Assembly: GCA_963820825.1 (NCBI GenBank)
Contig: CAWGBN010000008.1
Location: 162,011 to 226,010 of the forward strand
Source of the DNA: Vulcanimicrobiota bacterium
GTDB taxonomy: Bacteria > Vulcanimicrobiota > Vulcanimicrobiia > Vulcanimicrobiales > Vulcanimicrobiaceae
Length of the DNA stretch: 64,000 nt
Reading direction: 5' to 3'
Both the position numbers and the translations under genes were made by a program. Positions 38,918-47,443 of this stretch are shown here, one piece after another; position 1 is the stretch's first letter; every line of letters starts with the position of its first letter. Below the pieces are notes generated by a model that saw only the letters and a program-made list of their open reading frames with translations, did not search any database and was not told the origin of the DNA.

Positions 38918-39618
38918 GGAATTTCCAACAACGGCGAAGGCAAGCGTTGCGTGACGACCGGAACCGCGATCGCGGTCGCGATCAGCGCGGCCGCGAATGC
39001 CAGCGGAAAGGCCAGCGTGAAGCTGCCGAAGCGGGGGATCACGCGCGACAGGGCGCCGAGCGCGATCTGCACGACGAAGGCCAGCGCGATCGCCGGCGCG
39101 GCAACCTGCAGTGCGACGAGCGCAATCGTCGATGCAAATGCCGCCGCGTACGCATGCCATCCCGCCGGACGCATCTCGGCAGCGAGCGGAATGCGAGCGA
39201 AGCTCTCGCTAAAGCCCAGCAGCACGCTGCGATAGGCGCCTGAGAGAAAGAATCCGCCGGTGAACGCCAGCGACCAGACGCGGCCGAAACCGCTCGGCGC
39301 GACGAGTTCCAGGCTCGGCGCGATCGCCTTCACCCCGACGTAATCGTCGACGACACGGCCGCCGGCATAGGCTGCATCGTAGATCAGCGAAGCCGTCATG
39401 CCGATCGCGCCGCCTACGAGAGACTCTAGCAGCAGCGCCGCCACGATCGTCGCGCCGTCCACTCCCTTCGCTGCCTTGCCGATGCCCGGCAGAATCGCGC
39501 CGGCAAGCGCCAGCGCAAAGCCCGCGCGAAGCGGTGCCGGTACGCTCGGATGCGAGAATCCGGGCGCGCGAAAGACGAAACCCGCGCACCGGGCGAAGAC
39601 GAGCAGCCCGGTTACCAT
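38914..39618 (-). CDS. fliR: export gate protein FliR (SctT family)
   Basis: 234 aa polytopic; FARCAGFVF..PGF N-terminus typical of FliR; position between fliQ and flhB. Confidence 0.8.
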   Translation of the reverse strand: MVTGLLVFARCAGFVFRAPGFSHPSVPAPLRAGFALALAGAILPGIGKAAKGVDGATIVAALLLESLVGGAIGMTASLIYDAAYAGGRVVDDYVGVKAIAPSLELVAPSGFGRVWSLAFTGGFFLSGAYRSVLLGFSESFARIPLAAEMRPAGWHAYAAAFASTIALVALQVAAPAIALAFVVQIALGALSRVIPRFGSFTLAFPLAFAAALIATAIAVPVVTQRLPSPLLEIP

Positions 39619-39881
39619 CCGCTATCGATCGTCGGAATCTCCGCGATCGCGCGATCGAAGAGCGCGCCGAGCAGGTGCATCGCGCCGGGCCCGAAGAGCG
39701 CAATCATCAGACCGACCGCAACGATCTTCGGAAGGAGCGTCAGCGTCTGCTCCTGCACTTGAGTCGCCGCCTGCACGACGGCGATCGCCGTTCCCACTGC
39801 AGCGGCGACGGCCAGCATCGGCAGCGCAATGGTCGCGGTCGTGATCAGCGCATCGTGCAGTAAGCCGCTGAGGACGTCCAC
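39612..39881 (-). CDS. fliQ: export gate protein FliQ (SctS family)
   Basis: 89 aa two-TM hairpin; QATQVQEQTLTLLPKI motif. Confidence 0.85.
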   Translation of the reverse strand: MDVLSGLLHDALITTATIALPMLAVAAAVGTAIAVVQAATQVQEQTLTLLPKIVAVGLMIALFGPGAMHLLGALFDRAIAEIPTIDSGW

Positions 39882-39915
39882 GCCTCAACGGTAGCGGTGC
39901 GCCGTTACGCGCGCG

Positions 39916-40827
39916 TTACCGGCTTGTTATTGCGCCGGAATCGGCAAAGGCCGGGCGCCAGGCGCTCGCGGCCAAGAGCGACGAGACGATCGCCCTCGTC
40001 GCCGGCGAGCGATTGAGCGTATAAAAATGAATTCCCGGAACGCCGGCCTGGAGCAACGCGAGTACCTGCATGGAAGCGTACGCGACGCCGAGATCTTCCA
40101 CCGCCTTATCGTCTCCCTTGCGCGACTCCATCTCCACACGCAGTTTCGGCGGAATGCTCGCACCGCAGACGGCGACGAAACGCTCGATCTGGGCGAAGTT
40201 GGTGATCGGCATCAAACCGGGAAGAACCGGCACCTCGATCCCCGCGCTTCGCGCCCGCCGGGCAAACTCCAAGAAGTTGGCGTTATCGAAAAAGAGCTGC
40301 GAAACGAGAAAATCGGCGCCGGCATCGGCCTTCTGCTTGAGATGCAGCAAGTCGTCGTCGAGCGATGCCGCCTCGGGATGCTTCTCCGGATAGCAAGCCG
40401 CGCCGATGCAGAAATCGTAGTTGCGGCGCAGCATCGAGATCAGTTCGCTCGCGTGCGCGAAGCCGCCCGGAGTCTGCACGAACGGTCTCCCCGTTGGAGG
40501 ATCTCCGCGCAGCGCGAGCACGTTCTCGATGCCGGCACGCGCCAAGTCGTCGAAGAGCGCGCGCAGCTCGCCGCGATCGGCACCGATGCAAGTGACGTGC
40601 GCGACGACCGTCAGACCGATCTGCTGCTGAATCTCCTTCGCAAGTGCGACCGTGCGCGCTCGAGTCGAGCCGCCGGCACCGTAGGTGATCGAGACGAACG
40701 CGGGCCGCAGGGGCCGCAGCGCGGCGATCGTGGTAAAGAGCCGGCGCGAACCTTCGTCGTCTCGGGGCGGAAAGAACTCGAACGAGAAGAACGGCCGCTG
40801 CGTCGCAAGCGCTTCACTAATGCGCAT
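39916..40827 (-). CDS. metF: methylenetetrahydrofolate reductase
   Basis: Start ATG 40827; FSFEFFPP, SITYGAGGSTR, ALRGDPP, FYTLN motifs; full length (303 aa). Confidence 0.9.
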   Translation of the reverse strand: MRISEALATQRPFFSFEFFPPRDDEGSRRLFTTIAALRPLRPAFVSITYGAGGSTRARTVALAKEIQQQIGLTVVAHVTCIGADRGELRALFDDLARAGIENVLALRGDPPTGRPFVQTPGGFAHASELISMLRRNYDFCIGAACYPEKHPEAASLDDDLLHLKQKADAGADFLVSQLFFDNANFLEFARRARSAGIEVPVLPGLMPITNFAQIERFVAVCGASIPPKLRVEMESRKGDDKAVEDLGVAYASMQVLALLQAGVPGIHFYTLNRSPATRAIVSSLLAASAWRPAFADSGAITSR

Positions 40828-40838
40828 CGGCTCACTCC

Positions 40839-41492
40839 TTATCGGAAGCTTGCGGCAACGCCTCCGCAGAGCAGCGCCCAGCCGTCGACCATGACGAAGA
40901 GCAGGAGCTTGACCGGCAACGAGACGACGGGCGGACTCAGCATCATCATGCCCAGCCCCATCAGCATTGCCGCAACCGCCAAGTCGATGGCAACGAACGG
41001 CAGATAGAGCGCGAATCCGATCGCAAAGGCACTGCGCAGCTCGCCGACGACGAAGGCGGGAACCACCACCACGATCGGCACCTGCCGCTGCCGTTCGGGC
41101 GGGCGGTGCGCGATGCGTTCGAAGATGGCGACGTCCGCGGCGCGAGTCTGGCGCAGCATGAAGGCGCGCAACGGGACGACCGTCCGGGCAATCGCCTGCG
41201 ACGGCGCGATCGTGCCCCGCGCGTAGGGAGCGAGTGCTTCGCGCTCGATTCGTTCTCCAGTCGGTGCCATGACGACGAACGTCAGGACGAGCGCGAGCCC
41301 GGTGAGAACGGCGTTGGGCGGCAATGCCGAGGCGCCGATCGCCGAACGCACCAGCGAGAGCACGACTACGATGCGGACGAACGAGGTGCACGTCACCAGC
41401 AGCAGCGGCACGAGGGAGAGCATCGTGAGCGCGAGGAGCAGGTCGAGTGGGAGGGCCGCGTGTCGCGAAGCCGTTAGCAGCTCGAAAGGCAC
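40839..41492 (-). CDS. fliP: export gate protein FliP (SctR family)
   Basis: Start GTG 41492; TSFVRIVVVLSLVRSAIG, AFAIGFALYLPFVAIDL, GMMMLSP motifs. Confidence 0.9.
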   Translation of the reverse strand: MPFELLTASRHAALPLDLLLALTMLSLVPLLLVTCTSFVRIVVVLSLVRSAIGASALPPNAVLTGLALVLTFVVMAPTGERIEREALAPYARGTIAPSQAIARTVVPLRAFMLRQTRAADVAIFERIAHRPPERQRQVPIVVVVPAFVVGELRSAFAIGFALYLPFVAIDLAVAAMLMGLGMMMLSPPVVSLPVKLLLFVMVDGWALLCGGVAASFR

Positions 41493-41502
41493 GGAGAAAT
41501 CC

Positions 41503-41769
41503 TTACAGCGCGAGCAACTCGGTGACGCGCAAGGCAAAACGCTCTTCGACCGCGACGATCTCACCGCGCGCGATCGGCCGGTCGTTGACGAGCAGCTCGA
41601 CCGGCTGACTGATCGGGCGATCGAGTTCGACGATCGAGCCCGTACCGAGTCTCAGCACCTCGGCGACCGACATGCTGCAGGTGCCGAGCCGAACGCTGAG
41701 GTGCAGCGGCACGTGCATGAGCAAGCCGATGTTCTCGCGCGCGTCCGGCGGCTTCGCGTCTCCCGCCAT
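41503..41769 (-). CDS. fliN: FliN-like SpoA-domain C-ring protein
   Basis: 88 aa; VPLHLSVRLG...SVAEVLRLGTGSIVELD...VELLVNDRPIARGEIV. Confidence 0.8.
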   Translation of the reverse strand: MAGDAKPPDARENIGLLMHVPLHLSVRLGTCSMSVAEVLRLGTGSIVELDRPISQPVELLVNDRPIARGEIVAVEERFALRVTELLAL

Positions 41770-41775
41770 CGCCGA

Positions 41776-42558
41776 CTAGATCGCTTCGCGAACGGCGTCG
41801 ACGAAGAACGCGAATCGTCCGTTGCGCGCGCCGCCGCTTCCACGCGCGATCCGCCGGCCATGTGCCGTCAGTTCTCCCCGCTGGAAGGCCGTGGGATCGA
41901 TCGGCATCGTCGCTCCGACGGTCAGGCGGGTAATCGCTTCCGCTTGCGTCGTACCGAGATCGAGTGTCGCGCGAACCGGCAGCTCGACGGCGCTGAGGTG
42001 GGCGGCTTCGAGGCAGCCCCGCGTCTCGGGCGACGGATCGCGCGAGAGCGCGATGCCGATGCGCGCACGCACCGGCTCTTCGACCGAGAGCTCGAAGTAG
42101 GTGACAAAGCCGTCGATTGCGGCGGCGCGTTCGATCGCGCGGCCATCGCGCGTTCCGCAGACGGCGCTGAAGTTCGTTGCGATCCCGGCGACGAGCCGAT
42201 CCAACACGTCACATTCGATCGGCGAGAGCCCGCGCTCGACCGGTGCTGCCGGCGATTCGCCGAAGAGCGCCGACGCGAGCGCGCCGGCATCGCAGGCGCG
42301 AAGGACGATCGCCGCATCGGCAACCTCACCGCGCACGCGATAGAGACGCGCATTGCAAAGAATCGCGCGCCACGCCTGCGGCGCAGGGATGAGCGGCGCG
42401 AAGAGCCGCATGGCAACGGCTACGCCGAGCAGGGAGCTCAAGGTTTCGCGAACGCCGTTGGCTACGACGCATGCAGCGCTGATCGGTAACGACGAACGCG
42501 TTTCGAATCGGGCTTCTTTCAAGCGTCTTCCGGAAGGGGGAAAGCCCAGCGACTTCAT
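41776..42558 (-). CDS. FliM/FliY/SctQ-like C-ring protein (divergent) with C-terminal SpoA-like domain
   Basis: Position upstream of fliN; C-terminus LPVRATLDLG...ITRLTVGATMPID...GELTAHGRRIARGS resembles the SpoA fold; no CheY-binding N-terminal peptide seen. Confidence 0.5.
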   Translation of the reverse strand: MKSLGFPPSGRRLKEARFETRSSLPISAACVVANGVRETLSSLLGVAVAMRLFAPLIPAPQAWRAILCNARLYRVRGEVADAAIVLRACDAGALASALFGESPAAPVERGLSPIECDVLDRLVAGIATNFSAVCGTRDGRAIERAAAIDGFVTYFELSVEEPVRARIGIALSRDPSPETRGCLEAAHLSAVELPVRATLDLGTTQAEAITRLTVGATMPIDPTAFQRGELTAHGRRIARGSGGARNGRFAFFVDAVREAI

Positions 42559-43277
42559 TTGAGCAGATCCATCGTGGTCTTGCCGAGGTGCACTTTGGCG
42601 GCTTCGGCGGCTTGCAAGGCATCGAAGGCCAAGTACGCTTCCTTCAATCGCACGAGGCTTTCGTCAACGTCGATCCGGCTGCGTTCGCGTCGCATCGGTA
42701 CGAGCGATCCAAAGGTTGCGTCGCCGGCGAGCCCGACCTCGGCGCTGACGCCGGCCGGGGCGACGGACCGGCCGCCTTCGCTCGTCTGCAGACGCGTACC
42801 GGCGGGGAATCGCGCGAGTACGATTCGACCGGCGACGACGCGCTGCAGCTCTCTCGCTCCACTGCGCGGATCGACGATCTCCCGCCGGTAAGTTAGGCTG
42901 CCGTCGGCTTCGATCCCGACGTCGCGAACGCGCCCCAGTGCAACGTCGACCGGATCGACCGCGAGCTCGTCGAGTGCGCCGCCGGGCGCCCGTAGGCCGA
43001 GAATCGGAGTGCCGTTGCTGCCGACTAACCGTCCGCCGTGCAGCGCGAAGGACCCGTCGCGGGTGTACGATCGCTGCCCGCGTTCGTCGGCGGTGATAAA
43101 GTACGCGCCTTCGGGAGCGGCGACGGCGAGCGGCTCGAGCGTGAAATCGGAGAGAGGCGCGGGCGTGGCAACGTCGTCGTGCATCGGCAGCGCACCCGGC
43201 GTGTAGGCACGACGAACGTCGGCGGCGCGTTCGGCGATTCGATCGAGCGCGGCGCTCAGCGTCGAGTTCAGGAACAT
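42555..43277 (-). CDS. flagellar hook/rod family protein (FlgE/FlgF/FlgG-like), short
   Basis: DGSF..GGRLVGSNGTPILG core and C-terminal helix RIDVDESLVRLKEAYLAFDALQ like the rod/hook C-terminal heptads; occupies the flgE slot. Confidence 0.55.
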   Translation of the reverse strand: MFLNSTLSAALDRIAERAADVRRAYTPGALPMHDDVATPAPLSDFTLEPLAVAAPEGAYFITADERGQRSYTRDGSFALHGGRLVGSNGTPILGLRAPGGALDELAVDPVDVALGRVRDVGIEADGSLTYRREIVDPRSGARELQRVVAGRIVLARFPAGTRLQTSEGGRSVAPAGVSAEVGLAGDATFGSLVPMRRERSRIDVDESLVRLKEAYLAFDALQAAEAAKVHLGKTTMDLLK

Positions 43278-43867
43278 GCGACCGCTCCGATCGCGCAGAA
43301 CTCAACGCCTCGAGCCGCGAGCGCGATCCGCGCCTGCGAGAGCGCACGCGCGACGACGTTGCGGAGCTCCGGGCGGCAGATGGCGAGCAGCGTCGTTCGC
43401 CCAGCGCTCGTCTGCAAGATGACGTGGACGCGAGCGCTGCCGCGCCCGAGCGAAAACGTCGCCCTCTTCGGGTTGCCGCCGGATGCGCTGAATGCGCGCT
43501 CGATTCGTTCGGCGAGCCGTCCGCGGCCGGCGCTGCGGTGGAGCGGAGTTGCGCTCTCGCGGCCGGGAGCACTCGCGATACGCTTCGTTCTTATCGCAGG
43601 CGGCCGAAGGATCTCTGAATTGCGGCGCAACGATGGCGCCGCGTTTTCGCGCCGGGCCGCGAGCGGATGCGCGCGCGCGCTTGCGGCCGTCGGGACGGCT
43701 CTCGGTTTTGCCGATTGCGAAGCCATGCCCAGCGCCGAATACCACGCCTGTGAGAGCGCGCGCCGGTCGATCGCGCCCAGCGGCGCCGCCAAGATGCTGA
43801 CCTCGAGCTGATGCGTCATCATGGAACCGATCATCGCAACGGCATATGAGCGACCGCTCAACGTCAC
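43268..43867 (-). CDS. hypothetical, possible FliK/SctP-like ruler (T3S4-like C-terminus)
   Basis: Sits at the fliJ/fliK position; C-terminus RVHVILQTSAGRTTLLAICRPELRNVVARALSQARIALAARGVEF resembles the FliK C-terminal domain pattern. Confidence 0.35.
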   Translation of the reverse strand: MTLSGRSYAVAMIGSMMTHQLEVSILAAPLGAIDRRALSQAWYSALGMASQSAKPRAVPTAASARAHPLAARRENAAPSLRRNSEILRPPAIRTKRIASAPGRESATPLHRSAGRGRLAERIERAFSASGGNPKRATFSLGRGSARVHVILQTSAGRTTLLAICRPELRNVVARALSQARIALAARGVEFCAIGAVACS

Positions 43868-44907
43868 GTTGCCGAGTTGAGAACGAGGAGCTCGGCGATC
43901 GCTCGCAACTCCGCGACGGTCTCGACATCAGCCGATGCGAGGCGGCTCTGGCGAAGGAAGGCTTCGACGCGGTTCTCCGCCGCGATCGCCGCCGCAATCG
44001 AACGACCCTGCGGAATGATGCCGAGTGAACGCGCATCCTCAACGCGATCGAGCGCCGCAATGGCTGCGCGCACGAGCATGGCATCGGTTTGGTGCGCTTC
44101 GCCGACGACCGCATCCATCGTGCGGCTCGCGCTGGCCGCAACGTCGACGGCCGGGAACCTTCCGGCGTCGGCGAGGCGCGCGCAGAGCGCGATATGTCCG
44201 TCCAAGAGCGAGCGCGCCGCCTCGCTCACCGGATCGCGTGCGTCGCCATCTTGAATCACCGTCGCAACGAGCGTGATCGAACCGCCGGAGAGTTCGCCGG
44301 CAACTTCTATGAGACGCGCCATCTCCGCGAAGACGCTGGGCGGATAGCCGCCGCGGCCCGCGCTCTCGCCGGCCGCGATCCCGATCTCGCGCAGCGCCGC
44401 TGCAAACCGTGCCAGACTGTCGAGGATGAGCAGCACGTGCAGTCCCCGTTCGCGCAGCGCGCCGGCATGTGCGAAAGCGACGTGAGCGGCCCGTACGCGT
44501 TCGTGCGCCCCGCGATCGCTGGTGGCGCAGACGACGGTCGTTCGCCGGTCGCAGCCTTCGATCCAAAGCTGTGCTTCGCGGCCGCGTTCACCGACGAGCG
44601 CGACGACGACGGCATCCGCGGCACATCCCGCGACGATCGTTTCGATCAACGTCGTCTTTCCGGCACCCGGCGGCCCGAAGATGCCGACGCGCGCGCCGCG
44701 TCCGATCGTCAGCAACGCGTCGACGACGCGGATCCCGGTCCAGAGTGGTACGGCGATCGGCGCACGCTGCGCGGGCGCCGGAGGGTGAAGCTCGACGGCG
44801 ACGGTGCGCCCCTGCAAGGGCTTACCGCCGTCGAGCGGCAGACCCCACGCATCGATCGCTCGTCCGAACGCACAGGTCCCTAAAGCAAGGCGGTGCGGCG
44901 CGGTCAC
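43864..44907 (-). CDS. fliI: flagellar/T3SS ATPase FliI (SctN family), N-terminally short
   Basis: Walker A GPPGAGKT, Walker B LLILDSLARFA, GGYPPSVF, SITLVATV; only 347 aa. Confidence 0.9.
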   Translation of the reverse strand: MTAPHRLALGTCAFGRAIDAWGLPLDGGKPLQGRTVAVELHPPAPAQRAPIAVPLWTGIRVVDALLTIGRGARVGIFGPPGAGKTTLIETIVAGCAADAVVVALVGERGREAQLWIEGCDRRTTVVCATSDRGAHERVRAAHVAFAHAGALRERGLHVLLILDSLARFAAALREIGIAAGESAGRGGYPPSVFAEMARLIEVAGELSGGSITLVATVIQDGDARDPVSEAARSLLDGHIALCARLADAGRFPAVDVAASASRTMDAVVGEAHQTDAMLVRAAIAALDRVEDARSLGIIPQGRSIAAAIAAENRVEAFLRQSRLASADVETVAELRAIAELLVLNSAT

Positions 44908-45377
44908 GCCAACGCGGCGAGCGCCGCGTCGAGGCGCGCGGAGAGCGTTACGTCGATCGTTCCGCTTCGCAACTGGAGCGCAACGTCGCCCCGCTCCAAC
45001 GTGCGGTCGGCAACTCGTTCGAACTCAATCTCGTGCAGCGCGGCGAGGTCGTCGGGATGGACGCGGACCGCGAGCACGTTCTCGCATTCGAACCGATTGC
45101 AGGCCGCCGCGACGATCGCGCGGATCTCCACCGGCCGCAGCTCGAGCTCACGCGCGAGCACGTCGCGCGCGATGCGCGGTAAGAGCTCTTCGATAGCCGC
45201 TTCGAGCGCGTCGGCAAGAGCGGCGCGAAAGCGGCGCGCCGCGCGGATCGCCTCGTCCCGATCGGTCGCGTCGGGGACGGACGCCAGGCCGTCCCGTTGC
45301 GGCGACACCGGCTCGACTGCCGGATCGCTTGGCGTCGGACGCAAGAACGCTGCCAGCGGGACGAAGGGGCTAGACAT
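44904..45377 (-). CDS. fliH: FliH/SctL-like ATPase stator/regulator
   Basis: Start ATG 45377; position between fliF and fliI; C-terminal pattern VRVHPDDL...V..D..L..G.V.L....G.IDV. Confidence 0.55.
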   Translation of the reverse strand: MSSPFVPLAAFLRPTPSDPAVEPVSPQRDGLASVPDATDRDEAIRAARRFRAALADALEAAIEELLPRIARDVLARELELRPVEIRAIVAAACNRFECENVLAVRVHPDDLAALHEIEFERVADRTLERGDVALQLRSGTIDVTLSARLDAALAALA

Positions 45378-46842
45378 GCCGCCGTAGCAGTTCGTCGGGG
45401 TTCGAGAGCAGAGGCGTGTGCCGGCGCTGCATCCGGTTGACGATCGCTTCGCGCTCGTGCGGCGGATAGAGCTCGAGAACGGCCGTCGCCGTCGCCGCGG
45501 GCAGCGCGCTGATGATCGCCGCTGCGGCGTGCGGCGGCTCCTCTTCCAGCATGCTGCGTACGCGCGCCGGCGGGAAACCGGCGGCGGCCTTCGTCGCACG
45601 ATCGACGGCCGCGCGCTCGACGAACGCCTGCACGAACGCAACTGCCGCCGGTAACGCAATCTTCGCGGCCGCAACGAATCCCGCGGCGACGATGATCGCC
45701 GGAAAGAGCGCGACGAATGCACCGTAGATCAGCCACCGGATCCTTGCGCGCGCGACCGGCGCATGGCGAAAGGCAACGGCCTCGACGGCAAGCGTGTCGC
45801 CGCGCCGGGCGTCGTAACCGAGCGCGGCAGCGGCGAGTTCGCGCACTCTGGCCAGATCCAACTCGCGCGCGCGATCGACGAAGACCGCCGCCGAGAGCCG
45901 TTTTACTCCTCCGGGCGGCGCAATCGAAAGCGCCTCGCGCGTCTCGTCCCCGCGGTCTTCGGCCTCGTCGAGTTGACGGTATCGCTTCCCGTTTGCGTCA
46001 TAGCTTTCGCTGCGGCGAGTCCGGACCACCGCCGTCCCGCTCCCGGGTGCGCGGGTCACGTCGCGTTGGGATCTTCGCGCGACCTCGTATTCCGGGCGGA
46101 CCCGCACGATTGCAGCTCCCTCACCGAACGCGGCATCGAGCGCCGATTGCAGCGATCGCTGCAGATCGGCCGGGTCGTCGCTCGTTGCGGGATCGTCGCC
46201 GAGTGCGACGCCGCGGTCGTCCAGAATTGCGACGCGTGCCGGTTCGAGTTGCGGAACGCTCGCCGCGACGAAGGACCGGATACCCGCAATCGCCTGATGC
46301 GAGAGCCGCGCACCGGGATGCAGGCGCAACCGGACCGACGCAGTCGCATCCCTGCTCGATTCGTCGGCAAACTCCGCCGGCTTGGCCGGCGCGACGATGA
46401 CTCGCGCGTCGTCGACGCCGTCGATACCGCGCAATCCGGCTTCGATATCGCCGGCAAGGCCGGCTCGCGTCTGCGCTTCGATGACGGCCTGCGGCGTGAG
46501 CGCACCGACGTTCGCCAGCGCCTCAACGGTACTCGATAGATGCGCGTGCGGAACGCCGGCCAGCGATAGGCGGAGTAAGAGATCGGCGCGACGCCGAGCA
46601 TCGACGACGACGTTATCGGTCGTCGGCGTAAACGGAACGTTCCACGCTGCGAGACGCTCCTCGACCTCCGTTCGCTGTTCGGGATAGAGCGGCGACGAGA
46701 AGAGCGCGACTCTCGTCTGATGTCCGAGGGCGAGCACAGCGATGGCAAGGACGCATGCGACGCAGAGCGCGCCACTGGTGACGTAGCGGACGGCTCGCGG
46801 CAACGTATTCCAACGAGCGAGGAGCGGCAGTACGCCGTTCAT
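45370..46842 (-). CDS. fliF: MS-ring protein FliF with extended FliG-like cytoplasmic tail
   Basis: Start ATG 46842; N-terminal TM, YscJ/FliF ring-building region (LYPEQRTEVEERLAAWNVPF, GIDGVDDARVIV), second TM, then about 80 cytoplasmic residues. Confidence 0.85.
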   Translation of the reverse strand: MNGVLPLLARWNTLPRAVRYVTSGALCVACVLAIAVLALGHQTRVALFSSPLYPEQRTEVEERLAAWNVPFTPTTDNVVVDARRRADLLLRLSLAGVPHAHLSSTVEALANVGALTPQAVIEAQTRAGLAGDIEAGLRGIDGVDDARVIVAPAKPAEFADESSRDATASVRLRLHPGARLSHQAIAGIRSFVAASVPQLEPARVAILDDRGVALGDDPATSDDPADLQRSLQSALDAAFGEGAAIVRVRPEYEVARRSQRDVTRAPGSGTAVVRTRRSESYDANGKRYRQLDEAEDRGDETREALSIAPPGGVKRLSAAVFVDRARELDLARVRELAAAALGYDARRGDTLAVEAVAFRHAPVARARIRWLIYGAFVALFPAIIVAAGFVAAAKIALPAAVAFVQAFVERAAVDRATKAAAGFPPARVRSMLEEEPPHAAAAIISALPAATATAVLELYPPHEREAIVNRMQRRHTPLLSNPDELLRRHV

Positions 46843-46853
46843 CCGCCCGGTCC

Positions 46854-47117
46854 TTAGACTTGCATGTTCAAGACGGACTGCACGGATTGAACGACCCGCT
46901 GCGCCGTCGAGGTCGCGATTGCGAGCGCGACGTCGGCCTGGGCGCGCTCGTAGACGGCGTCCTGCAGCGTTCCGTGGCCATAGGCGAAGCCTTCCTCGGC
47001 GCGGTTGGCGCCGGTCAGCAGAGCGTCGGCGGCGTCGAGCGCTCGGGCAAAATCGTCCGCTCCGACGGTTCGGGCCGCCGTCGCCGGAACGTCGGGGACG
47101 AACGGTTCGACTCTCAC
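46854..47117 (-). CDS. fliE: hook-basal body complex protein FliE
   Basis: 87 aa; FARALD...A....G.....AV....A....A....QRVVQSVQSVLNMQV like the FliE C-terminus; position after flgC. Confidence 0.7.
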   Translation of the reverse strand: MRVEPFVPDVPATAARTVGADDFARALDAADALLTGANRAEEGFAYGHGTLQDAVYERAQADVALAIATSTAQRVVQSVQSVLNMQV

Positions 47118-47443
47118 AGTCGCTCCAAGTCGAGCGTCTTTTCGGCCAGTCTCTTGCCGACGTCGAAGATCGAGGCATCCGACTCATACGCGCGCGACGC
47201 GTTCATCACGGCGATCATCTCGGTGAGGATGTCGACGTTTCTTCCGCTCTCGCTGCGCGTGCCGACGAAGTCGACGCGGGCGTCGTCGGGGTCGCCCTCG
47301 ATGCGAAAGAGCGGAATCAATCGGGAATACTCGGCGTTCGGGCCTGCCGCCTCGGCGGCGGCGACGTTGCGAGCAGCCACGTCCAGCGCCGCTCGCTGCG
47401 CATCCATTCCGGCCGCCGCGGCGTCGAGCAGCTCGATCCTCAT
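47114..47443 (-). CDS. flgC: proximal rod protein FlgC (short)
   Basis: N-terminal AGMDAQRAALDVAARNVAAAEA and C-terminal VDILTEMIAVMNASRAYESDASIFDVGKRL match rod-family terminal helices. Confidence 0.75.
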   Translation of the reverse strand: MRIELLDAAAAGMDAQRAALDVAARNVAAAEAAGPNAEYSRLIPLFRIEGDPDDARVDFVGTRSESGRNVDILTEMIAVMNASRAYESDASIFDVGKRLAEKTLDLERL

